A stretch of 61,101 bases of DNA. It comes from Lentisphaeria bacterium (GTDB lineage: Bacteria > Verrucomicrobiota > Lentisphaeria > Victivallales > Victivallaceae). Below, one piece after another: positions 31,037 to 39,629 of this stretch. A program made the translations under genes and the position numbers. The stretch lies in contig JAFVUZ010000028.1 in NCBI GenBank assembly GCA_017502435.1, forward strand, positions 1 through 61,101. Direction: 5' to 3'. Position 1 is the stretch's first letter, and each line of letters starts with the position of its first letter. The notes beneath the pieces are model-generated. The model saw only the letters and a list, made by a program, of their open reading frames with translations, was not told the origin of the DNA and ran no database searches.

Positions 31037-32239
31037 ATGGAAGAAAACGGCGAAAAAATCGTATGGAGTGTCAGTGATGTAAATCAGGCGGCAAAGGAAC
31101 TGCTTGAAAATTCATTGATGCCGTTTTATCTTAAAGGAGAAGTTACTTCTCTTCTGATACACCGCTCCGGTCATGTTTATCTCGGTTTGAAAGACAGTCA
31201 GAGTCAGATAAAAGCCACTTATTTCGGCGGTGCCGCAGAATGCCGCAAAATAGATTTGCAGAACGGAGATGAAATTGAGTGTTTCGGCAAATTGAGTGTT
31301 TATACTGTCCGCGGCGAATATCAGTTTTCAATCCGCAAGGTCAGTAAATCCGGCAGCGGTTCACTGCAGCAGAAATTTGAGGAATTGAAACGCAAACTTG
31401 CTTCAGAAGGTCTGTTTGATAATGAACGCAAACGTTCAATTCCGCTGCTTCCGGAAGTTGTCGGAGTTATAAGTTCTCCGTCAGGAGCGGCAGTTCAGGA
31501 TTTTCTGAAAATAATCGATCGCCGGGCACCGCAGATGCATATACGTCTTTATCCTGCAATTATGCAGGGCGAGGGGACGGCGGCATCAGTTGTGCGGGCG
31601 ATAAACTTTTTCAACCGCACACGCCTTGCCGATGTGCTGGTAATAACCAGAGGCGGCGGCAGTATGGAGGATTTGTGGCAGTTCAATGATGAGGAAATGG
31701 CAAGGGCAATTGCCGCAAGTAAAATTCCTGTAATATCGGCAGTCGGTCATGAAATCGACTTTACGATTGCGGATTTTGCGGCGGATCTGCGTTTGCCTAC
31801 TCCGAGTGCGGCGGCGGAAGTTCTGAGCAGTAATTTTTTGAGCTGTACGGATTTTACAGAGAATGTCAAACGCCGTCTCGGAGACAGGATTGAACTTGCA
31901 GTTCAGCGTTTGACCAACCGTCTGGAGCGGATGGAACACAGTTTTGTTTTCCGTGATACAGAGCATCTGCTGGACAGCAAAAATCAGCGGGTTGATGAAA
32001 TTGAAAATCTTATGAACAGTGCAATCGACCGTTACGGAATGAATTTTGAACATAAACTTGCATTGATGAACAGCCGTTTGTTGAGTGTTGATCCGGAACT
32101 GCCGCTTCAGCGTGGATATGCAATGGTTTTTGACGGCAGTAAAAAACTTGTCCGTACAGTCGAGCAGGCGGCAAATGCAAGTGAACTGCATCTCCGCTTC
32201 CGTGACGGCGAAATCCGGACAGTTCCTGAAAAAAAATGA
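31037..32239 (+). CDS. xseA: exodeoxyribonuclease VII large subunit
   Basis: OB-fold N-terminus (WSVSDVNQAAKELLE...GEV) and catalytic core (GVISSPSGAAVQDF, TRGGGS.EDL). An alternative GTG start at 31031 overlaps the M50 stop. Confidence 0.9.
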   Translation: MEENGEKIVWSVSDVNQAAKELLENSLMPFYLKGEVTSLLIHRSGHVYLGLKDSQSQIKATYFGGAAECRKIDLQNGDEIECFGKLSVYTVRGEYQFSIRKVSKSGSGSLQQKFEELKRKLASEGLFDNERKRSIPLLPEVVGVISSPSGAAVQDFLKIIDRRAPQMHIRLYPAIMQGEGTAASVVRAINFFNRTRLADVLVITRGGGSMEDLWQFNDEEMARAIAASKIPVISAVGHEIDFTIADFAADLRLPTPSAAAEVLSSNFLSCTDFTENVKRRLGDRIELAVQRLTNRLERMEHSFVFRDTEHLLDSKNQRVDEIENLMNSAIDRYGMNFEHKLALMNSRLLSVDPELPLQRGYAMVFDGSKKLVRTVEQAANASELHLRFRDGEIRTVPEKK

Positions 32240-32265
32240 TTTTTCGTTAAGGATTTTATTGGATA

Positions 32266-33066
32266 ATGGCAAAATCTCAAGAGTTTACATTTCATTCGAT
32301 CGGAGTTATTGAGAGTGCTGCCAAATACCGCTATGAATTGCCGCGGCAGGCGGTTTTTTCCTCTGCCGGAGCGTTCCTCCGCTGGAATGACAGAAAATAT
32401 GCCGGTTGTGCCGCGGACCTTGCAGGTTTTGAGCGTATCTGGCTGGTCTGGGTTTTTGACCGCAATGAAAATGGCTCCTGGCATACCAAAGTGCGTGTTC
32501 CGGTGCCGGCGGACAGAGACAGTTACAGTGTTTTTGCCACCCGCTCGCCTTACCGTCCGAATCCGGTTGGAATCAGTGCGGTCGAATTGCTGGAGGTGAC
32601 TCCTGACGGGTTGAAAATCGGAGCTTGTGATTTGCTCGACGGTACTGCAGTGCTGGATGTTAAGCCGTATATTCCTGAAGCGGATGCATTTCCTGAAGCA
32701 AAAGCCGGTTGGCGTGACCGTATAGAAAAGTCTGCAAATTCAGTGAGTTGGTCGTCCAAAGCTGCTTCGCAGGCGGATTTCATACTTGAAAACGGCAATT
32801 TTGATTTGCGTAATTTCTGTGAAGTGCAGTTGAAATACCGTCCTACTGACAGTACCAGGAAACGTGTGGAAAAAATTCCTGAATCTGAAAATTATCTGCT
32901 TCATTTCCGTACATGGCGGATAATTTTTGCCTGTGATGAACAGTCAGCAAAGGTGAATATCCTTGAAATAAGTTCAAATTATTCCCGGGCCGATCTTGAG
33001 CCGGGGGCTCCTGATAAATATAATGACAAAGATCTGCATCGTGCATTCAATGCGAATATTTTCTGA
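32266..33066 (+). CDS. trmO: tRNA (N6-threonylcarbamoyladenosine(37)-N6)-methyltransferase TrmO/TsaA family
   Basis: VFATRSPYRPNPVGIS and DGTAVLDVKPY are TsaA/YaeB signatures. Confidence 0.85.
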   Translation: MAKSQEFTFHSIGVIESAAKYRYELPRQAVFSSAGAFLRWNDRKYAGCAADLAGFERIWLVWVFDRNENGSWHTKVRVPVPADRDSYSVFATRSPYRPNPVGISAVELLEVTPDGLKIGACDLLDGTAVLDVKPYIPEADAFPEAKAGWRDRIEKSANSVSWSSKAASQADFILENGNFDLRNFCEVQLKYRPTDSTRKRVEKIPESENYLLHFRTWRIIFACDEQSAKVNILEISSNYSRADLEPGAPDKYNDKDLHRAFNANIF

Positions 33067-33083
33067 TTTTATATTTTTTGATA

Positions 33084-33112
33084 TTGAAAAATCAAATCAG
33101 ACATGATATATT
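33084..33112 (+). promoter_or_regulatory. sigma70-like promoter of the SGNH lipoprotein gene
   Basis: TTGAAA (33084-33089), 17-nt spacer, TATATT (33107-33112). Confidence 0.5.
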
Positions 33113-33164
33113 AGAAAAGTCCGTGACATTTTTTATGAATCAATAACCAGGAAAGGATTACAAA

Positions 33165-34034
33165 ATGAAATTGTCACATTTCTTTACCGTTCTGCTTGCA
33201 GCAATGATTGGTTTTGGCACCGGTTGTGCTTCCGCACCCACCGAACCCGCCAAAAAAACCGAGCCAGTCAAAAAGGCTGACCCTGTTGAAAAAACTGCTC
33301 CCAAAAAGGCCGCTCCCAAAAAAGCAGTCAAAAAGACAGTTAAAAAGGCAGTTAAAAAAGCCGCTCCCAAAAAACTTACTCTCGAAGAACAGATCAAAGC
33401 CGCAACAACTCCTGTGCAATACAAACGTCATGTAAAACGCCATGCCGCCAAAAAAGCTTATGCCGCCGCCAATAAAGACAAAATCAAAATCCTTATGCTC
33501 GGCGACTCCATCACTCATCAGTGGGAATACAAACCTGCCGCTGAAGTTCAGAAAAAATATATCACTCCTTATAATGTCCTGAACCTCGGATGCGGCGGCG
33601 ATAAAACTTTCAATACTCTCTGGATTATCGAAAAATCCGGTATCCTTGAACTTATCAATCCCAAACTGGTCACAATCATGATCGGTACCAATAACCGCTT
33701 TGATTACAGAGCCACCGCCGCAGGTGTCAAACGTATTGTTGAAGAAGTCCGCAAACGCTATCCTGAAGCAAAAATTCTGCTTTACGCTATCTTCCCCCGC
33801 GGTCAGAACAAAAACAATTCACTCCGCAAAGTCAACGACAAAGTTAATGACGAAATCGTTAAACTCTGCAACGGCAAAGATATTATCTGGGTTGATATCC
33901 GCAAAAACTTCCTTACCGCCGACGGCGTTCTGGAAAAAAGCATGATGCCTGACTATCTCCATCCCCGTAATGCCAAAGGTTACACCGTCTGGGGTGAATC
34001 TCTCAAGCCCTATTTTGAAAAATACGGCAAATAA
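33165..34034 (+). CDS. SGNH/GDSL hydrolase lipoprotein with Lys/Ala/Pro-rich linker
   Basis: Lipobox-like FGTGC. Low-complexity KKAAPKKAVKKTVKKAVKKAAPKK. GDSI block (MLGDSITHQW), GTNN block, and a C-terminal DYLHP (D-x-x-H) catalytic block. Confidence 0.85.
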   Translation: MKLSHFFTVLLAAMIGFGTGCASAPTEPAKKTEPVKKADPVEKTAPKKAAPKKAVKKTVKKAVKKAAPKKLTLEEQIKAATTPVQYKRHVKRHAAKKAYAAANKDKIKILMLGDSITHQWEYKPAAEVQKKYITPYNVLNLGCGGDKTFNTLWIIEKSGILELINPKLVTIMIGTNNRFDYRATAAGVKRIVEEVRKRYPEAKILLYAIFPRGQNKNNSLRKVNDKVNDEIVKLCNGKDIIWVDIRKNFLTADGVLEKSMMPDYLHPRNAKGYTVWGESLKPYFEKYGK

Positions 34035-34114
34035 TCCTGTAATTCAGTACAGATTGAAAAAAACAAAAGAGGCTGCTGCAAAACTGTTTTGTGGGGAAAA
34101 AACCTTTTTGAAAT

Positions 34115-34427
34115 GCTCTATTCCCAATATGGGGAGATAACTTATTTTGTGTTTTTTTGCAGGGGCTTACGCCGCCCCTGCACCCCGCGCCGGGTACGAC
34201 CCGGTGCGATATTACGCTGACGCGTGAATGTCGGCGGCTGTGTGGTGTTTAGCTATTTTTTCGGCGGAATGTTCGATTGCTCCTCCCCTTTTTTTAGGGA
34301 ATGAGCAATCAAATCTTTCGCCGAATTAGCCACATCAGGGGTATGTCGTTCGTTGCTGTCGCAACTCACTATACCCCCGAACCCCCTCAATTTTTTTTTA
34401 TTATCAGTCAATGTTTAGTACAGAGCC
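34115..34427. repeat. GC-rich, hairpin-dense intergenic element bounded by inverted GCTCTRT termini (candidate MITE or structured ncRNA)
   Basis: Left end GCTCTATTCCC (34115-34125); right end is the complement of GGCTCTGTAC (34418-34427). At least four strong hairpins lie inside (34159-34181, 34186-34208, 34261-34324, 34338-34377), followed by a 9-T run (34391-34399). It sits between convergent genes. Confidence 0.55.
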
Positions 34428-34465
34428 TTGTATTTTATACAGGTTGTAACAGAATAATGCCATTA

Positions 34466-34858
34466 TCAATGGCACTTATGCGAGCCGCAGTCGTGATCGC
34501 CGCATGAGTGACCGTCTTCATGGTCGTGGTGATTGCAATGGAAATTTGCACGTACTTTCAAACGGCCGTTGGCAAAGTCCTCTGCCGCCTGACGGACGTC
34601 TCCTTCTGCACCGCCGACGACAAAAATGTTTTCTCTGGCAAGTGCATTCATTGCACCGCCGCCGATTCCGCCGCAAATAAGGACTTCAACACCGGCATTT
34701 GCAAGCAAGGTTGCCAATGCTCCGTGTCCGGAACCTTCACAACTCAATTTTTCTTCTGACATGATTTTTTCGTCCTGAGCTTCAAAAACAGCAAATTCCG
34801 GAGTGTGTCCGAAGTGTTGGAATACCTGATTGTTTTCACAACTTACTGCAATTTTCAT
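34466..34858 (-). CDS. NifB/NifX-family (dinitrogenase FeMo-cofactor-binding fold) protein with His/Cys-rich tail
   Basis: MKIAVSCENNQVFQHFGHTPEF and ICGGIGGGA are typical of the NifX/NifB C-terminal-like family. The tail is HCNHHDHEDGHSCGDHDCGSHKCH. Confidence 0.8.
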   Translation of the reverse strand: MKIAVSCENNQVFQHFGHTPEFAVFEAQDEKIMSEEKLSCEGSGHGALATLLANAGVEVLICGGIGGGAMNALARENIFVVGGAEGDVRQAAEDFANGRLKVRANFHCNHHDHEDGHSCGDHDCGSHKCH

Positions 34859-34886
34859 AATTTATTTCCTTTCCTGACAGTTGTAT

Positions 34887-36704
34887 TTATAATGCTTTGA
34901 AATGTATTTGATATTCTGCGGTATTGTCGGCAGTCAGATGCAGGTCAATGCGGTAAAGTCTGCCCCACAGCAGATTGAGTTTGTTGTCATTCAGTTGAAT
35001 TTCTTCTGTACGGGAGATTTTTATGTTGGAGCATTCAAGCAGTATGGGGCCGAGACGCAGTGAGTTTTCTGTTGTATCTGATGGTTCAACGGGTGAGAAA
35101 AAAGTTATATCGATCTCTTTTTTTCCTTCAAATTTGATACTGTCTTTCAGAATCACATTTCCATTTTGCCGGTCAAAATCTACCATGCGTATATATGAAT
35201 TGATTTTGTTTTCAGCAGGGTAGGCATGGGTAATGTCGTAGATTGCACTTTTTTCAGTGACTTTTGCTGTGCAGTAAAAATCTTTTCCAAGTCCCTGATT
35301 ACAGTTGTTGAAGCGGGCGGCGTTATGGCCTTCGCTGTTCAAATACCATATATCATAACGGTTTGCTGAAAAAACTTTCTGATTGTATTCGCCTCTGCCG
35401 ATGTCGATTATCAATGGCTGACCGTTGCGGTGCAGGGTAATGTGTCCGAGGTCGAAATGGCCGTGTGATTCTCCGTTATGGCCGCCTTTGACGGTGAGAA
35501 CAGTTCCTTTGGATGGATTTTCTGGATTCTGACGCATAATGCAGATGTTGATGATATCCCAGAAATCGACGGCATTGAAAGTCCGCAGCATTTTTTTCTC
35601 ATTATCAAGCATAATGTCATAAAATGCTTCGTCAAAAAAGTTGAGATCACGGTTGCCGAGGTGCTTGAATGCCGGATCCGGCGGCGGCATATTCAGTGCC
35701 AGTGACATAAGTTCAGAGGAGTTTGAACATTTGCCGTAGTTATAAAAAAGTCCACGCGGAAACTTCATAATTGAATATTCTGCATCGGCAAAATTTAAAA
35801 ATGTATTGCCGTAAAGATTCAGCCTGGGCAGAAAATCATTCATTGCTTTGAGTTTCGGAGAATTGAAAATATCATCCATTCCGCCGATAATTTTCTGCAT
35901 GACATTCAGATAATTCATCAGCATTCCCACCGAAACCGCCCAGTAACACGGGCCCTCCTGACAGGCTCCGTCATTATAGTATTTGTCAAAAAATCTTTCG
36001 CACGGTATCATGTGTTTGGCTATATGTTTTGCCAGCCGTTCAGTTTCATTGTGCCAGACGGAAAAAGCGGCACAGCTTACTGCATAACTGCACCATACGC
36101 TCCAGTTGTTATCGCCGCCGTACCAATAGCAGTTTTCGTCTGTAAGTTTTTCCGTCACTTCCAGAACACGGTGTGATATTTCATAACGGATACGGCTGCA
36201 GAGCGGTGCGAAATCTTTTTCCAGTTCAGGGCCGAGCAGCTGAAGAGTGTCGCTGAGCAGTTTGGCAGTTTGAGCTGCAAAAAGGTCAACTACCCAGTGT
36301 TCAGGTTCCGGCAGGAGTTTTCCGTTCAGACGTTGATGAGCAGGCCAGCACCAGACAGGTTCGGAAATTGTCTGCCAGAGTATTTCAACGATATTGTCAA
36401 TAAATCTCCCCTTATATTCTGCATATTCTCCCATAACAAGCTGAAAGAGTATTGTACGTCGTTTAATATAAGGTGTTTCATAGGCAATACGGTTGCCTTC
36501 ACGGGCAAATTTCATATAATCAGCCGCCGTCAGCATGGGAATTTCTGCTGCAGCGGCAAGTTCAGCATCACGGATGAATTTCTGTTTTTTTGATTCAGAG
36601 ATATTATTCCGGAAAGAACGGTCGGAGGCGGGAGCGAAATATTGGAAATCTTTGCGTTTTTTTATCTGTTCAAAAATTTTTTCTCTGCTGATAAATTGAG
36701 TCAT
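34887..36704 (-). CDS. heparinase II/III-like family protein
   Basis: KGGHNGESHGHFDLGHI matches the conserved heparinase II/III C-terminal motif. The start is set at ATG 36704 (MTQFISREK) so that it does not overlap the upstream gene (ORF track 36755). Confidence 0.8.
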   Translation of the reverse strand: MTQFISREKIFEQIKKRKDFQYFAPASDRSFRNNISESKKQKFIRDAELAAAAEIPMLTAADYMKFAREGNRIAYETPYIKRRTILFQLVMGEYAEYKGRFIDNIVEILWQTISEPVWCWPAHQRLNGKLLPEPEHWVVDLFAAQTAKLLSDTLQLLGPELEKDFAPLCSRIRYEISHRVLEVTEKLTDENCYWYGGDNNWSVWCSYAVSCAAFSVWHNETERLAKHIAKHMIPCERFFDKYYNDGACQEGPCYWAVSVGMLMNYLNVMQKIIGGMDDIFNSPKLKAMNDFLPRLNLYGNTFLNFADAEYSIMKFPRGLFYNYGKCSNSSELMSLALNMPPPDPAFKHLGNRDLNFFDEAFYDIMLDNEKKMLRTFNAVDFWDIINICIMRQNPENPSKGTVLTVKGGHNGESHGHFDLGHITLHRNGQPLIIDIGRGEYNQKVFSANRYDIWYLNSEGHNAARFNNCNQGLGKDFYCTAKVTEKSAIYDITHAYPAENKINSYIRMVDFDRQNGNVILKDSIKFEGKKEIDITFFSPVEPSDTTENSLRLGPILLECSNIKISRTEEIQLNDNKLNLLWGRLYRIDLHLTADNTAEYQIHFKAL

Positions 36705-36708
36705 AAGA

Positions 36709-37836
36709 TCAGATCCTTTCGCTTTTTTCTTCTGTTTTTTTTGAATCATTGACAAAATTTACAATATTTTTGAGTTCCAATGCGTGCTGATAGGTACTTG
36801 TATGAGTTTGACTGCGTCGCGGCTTTTTCTCTGTGAGGTAAATATTGATGGTTTTTTCTGCGGCAAAAAGCAAACGTTTGACCATTGTCTGCGGCTTGAA
36901 TGCCTGATTCATCACATCTGCAGCAGCCAGTGACGGTCGGCATTGGTGTTTGGCAATGTCGCGTTCAATAAAAGGCAGTGCAAGGCACGCCATTGCAAGT
37001 GAAATGCTGTTACGCAAGCAGCCCGAACTTACCTGACAGTTGCGTTCATAGACAAGATCAAGTGCTTTTTCCATTTCAGGAGAGCCCCAGTTCCGTGCAA
37101 AATACGGCAGAAAATAGGGCAGCAGTCCGAAATCGTGAAATGCTTCCAGAACTGTATCAATATAGCATGAACTTAATACTTTTTCCAATTCCAGAGTCAT
37201 GCGGGAAATCGGAACGTGTTTTATTTTGTCCATATTGACAAAAAGGCTGTTTTCGGCTTTGTCATCGAGGGCGAAGCCGAAACGTCCGACGAGTTTCAAT
37301 GCACGGAGCATACGGACCGGATCTTCCTCAAAACGCACATCCGGTTCACCTATGACACGGACGGTTTTGCTTTCGATATCTTTCAGACCGGAGTTTGTAT
37401 AGTCTATAATCTCTTCTTTTACCGGATCATAAAATAGGGCATTGACAGTGAAATCACGGCGGAAAGCATCTTCTTTTGAAGAACCGAAATTATTATCATC
37501 TACAATCATTTTTTCAGGCAGATGAGCAAGTTTCGGATGATTTTTGAGATCGGATTTGCCGGGAGTCCGCCGGAAAGTGCTTATCTCAACAATTTCACGT
37601 CCCATTCTGTAATGGACGAGACGGAAACGCTTGCCGATTATCATTGTCTGGCGGCGGCCGAAAACTTTGCATATTTCTTCCGGAGTTGCGGCGGTTGAAA
37701 TATCGTAATCTTTGGGAGTATGTCCGAGCAGCAAATCACGGACGGCTCCGCCGACGACGTATGTTTCATAACCTGCATCCTGCAGATTTCTGATAATGTT
37801 TATTATTTTCGGGTCGATGTCAAGGTATTTATGCAT
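36709..37836 (-). CDS. polynucleotide adenylyltransferase / CCA-adding enzyme family protein (PcnB-like)
   Basis: YVVGGAVRDLLLGHTPKDYDISTAATPEE is the class II nucleotidyltransferase head-domain signature; RRDFTVNAL is also present. Confidence 0.85.
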   Translation of the reverse strand: MHKYLDIDPKIINIIRNLQDAGYETYVVGGAVRDLLLGHTPKDYDISTAATPEEICKVFGRRQTMIIGKRFRLVHYRMGREIVEISTFRRTPGKSDLKNHPKLAHLPEKMIVDDNNFGSSKEDAFRRDFTVNALFYDPVKEEIIDYTNSGLKDIESKTVRVIGEPDVRFEEDPVRMLRALKLVGRFGFALDDKAENSLFVNMDKIKHVPISRMTLELEKVLSSCYIDTVLEAFHDFGLLPYFLPYFARNWGSPEMEKALDLVYERNCQVSSGCLRNSISLAMACLALPFIERDIAKHQCRPSLAAADVMNQAFKPQTMVKRLLFAAEKTINIYLTEKKPRRSQTHTSTYQHALELKNIVNFVNDSKKTEEKSERI

Positions 37837-37850
37837 GGTTAGGGAGCAGG

Positions 37851-39500
37851 TTAAATCTTTCTGGTAATATCGGTATCGGTTTTTTCCAGATCCGGATCGG
37901 TTGAGGGGTAGTCGGCGTTGAAATGCAGACCGCGGCTCTCTTTGCGTTCCAGAGAGGAGTCAATAATAAGTTCTGCAACTGTGGCAATATTGCGGAGTTC
38001 GATCAAATCGCTGGTAACGAGGAAGTCCCAGTAATATTTTTCGATCTCTTTGCGGATAAGTTTGATGCGTGCTTTGGCACGTTCAAGACGTTTGGTTGTA
38101 CGGTAGATGCCGACATAATCCCACATGAAGCGGCGGATTTCATCCCAGTTGTGAGTCAGGATGACGATTTCATCGGAGTTGGTGGCATTGCCTGATACCC
38201 AATGCGGAATAAGTTTGACATCAGGGAAAATCTTTTTCAGACGGTCATATTCACTTACCGCATCATTTGAGGAGGTTTTGGCAATTACCAGAGCCTCCAG
38301 CAGACTGTTGCTGGCAAGGCGGTTCGCTCCGTGCAGTCCGGTGCAGGCACATTCCCCTGCGGCATAAAGTCCGTCGATATTGGTTTTGCCGTTGACATCG
38401 GTTTTGACGCCGCCGCAGACATAATGGGCGGCGGGGACGACGGGGATCGGGTCATGAGCCATATTGACTCCGACGGAGAGACATTTTTTGAAAATATTGG
38501 GGAACCGCTGTTTGAGCTCATCTTCGGATTTGTGAGTTATATCGAGATAAACGCATTCGCTGCCGGTACGTTTCATTTCATTATCAATGGCACGTGCTAC
38601 GACATCACGCGGGGCAAGGCTTTTCAGCGGGTGGTATTTGTGCATGAATTCCACGAGGTTGCCTTTTGCATCTTTGTATTTGAGGATGGCACCTTCGCCG
38701 CGGACGGCTTCGGAGATAAGGAATGAGCGTTCGTTTACGTCATGCAGAATGGTAGGATGGAACTGGATGAATTCCATATTGCTGATGGTTGCACCCGCAC
38801 GGTAGCCCATGGCGATACCGCCGCCGCAGGCGACATCTGGATTGCTGGTATAGAGGTAAACTTTTCCGGCACCGCCGCAGGCGAGGTGAGTTGAGTAAGC
38901 GGCAAAGGTTTCCACTTTGTCATTTTTTATGTCAAGCACATAAGCTCCGAAGCAGCGTTTTGCACCTCTTAGTCCGATATGTTTTGAAACGATGAGGTCG
39001 ATGGCGAAATGGTGTTCAAAAATTTTGATATTGGGATATTTTTTGCACTCTTCGATGAGGGCACGTTCAACTTCTGCACCGGTGATATCGCCTGCGTGCA
39101 GGATGCGGCGTTTCAGGTGTCCGCCCTCTCTGCCGAGGTCGTAAGACTGTTGTTCGTCGGCATATCCGAGTTCGCCTCTGGTGGTGAATTTCACACCGCG
39201 GCTGATAAGTTCTTTGAGGACGGCAGGACCGTTTTCGACGATGACGCGGACGGCTTTTTCATTGCAGAGTCCGGCACCGGCATTGAGAGTATCAATGACG
39301 TGTTCGTCAAAAGTATCGTCGGTATCAGTGACACAGGCGATGCCGCCCTGGGCACATTTTGTATTGCAGTCATCGGTATTGCGTTTGGTCACGACGGCGA
39401 TAGAATGTCCGGTTGGAGCCAGATTCAAAGCGCTTGACAAACCGGCAAGCCCGCTGCCGATTACCAAATGATCAAATTGTAAAATCTCTGATTTTTTCAT
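37851..39500 (-). CDS. nadB: L-aspartate oxidase
   Basis: FAD motif VIGSGLAGL, the RSFLISEAVRGEGA motif, and GLYAAGECACTGLHGANRLASNSLLE. Confidence 0.95.
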   Translation of the reverse strand: MKKSEILQFDHLVIGSGLAGLSSALNLAPTGHSIAVVTKRNTDDCNTKCAQGGIACVTDTDDTFDEHVIDTLNAGAGLCNEKAVRVIVENGPAVLKELISRGVKFTTRGELGYADEQQSYDLGREGGHLKRRILHAGDITGAEVERALIEECKKYPNIKIFEHHFAIDLIVSKHIGLRGAKRCFGAYVLDIKNDKVETFAAYSTHLACGGAGKVYLYTSNPDVACGGGIAMGYRAGATISNMEFIQFHPTILHDVNERSFLISEAVRGEGAILKYKDAKGNLVEFMHKYHPLKSLAPRDVVARAIDNEMKRTGSECVYLDITHKSEDELKQRFPNIFKKCLSVGVNMAHDPIPVVPAAHYVCGGVKTDVNGKTNIDGLYAAGECACTGLHGANRLASNSLLEALVIAKTSSNDAVSEYDRLKKIFPDVKLIPHWVSGNATNSDEIVILTHNWDEIRRFMWDYVGIYRTTKRLERAKARIKLIRKEIEKYYWDFLVTSDLIELRNIATVAELIIDSSLERKESRGLHFNADYPSTDPDLEKTDTDITRKI

Positions 39501-39629
39501 AATTAACTTCCTGAAACCCTTTTGGCAGAGCTTTTTTTCAGCGAAAATGAGTTCGCATGGTTGAATTTGAAAATATATGTATTAAATTACACTCTGAAAG
39601 AATTTTTTCAATTTTTTTTAGAGGATGAA

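Noticed and set aside
34159-34181. Hairpins at 34159-34181, 5055-5070 and 60951-60984 as intrinsic terminators of the adjacent genes
   Set aside because: On the strand of the upstream gene the T-run precedes the hairpin or is absent. They share flanking motifs with each other, which suggests repeat modules instead.
34301-34507. 68-aa ORF inside the structured intergenic element
   Set aside because: It has no RBS, runs through hairpin arms and overlaps the 3' end of the convergent NifX-like gene. Its composition is dictated by the GC-rich stems.
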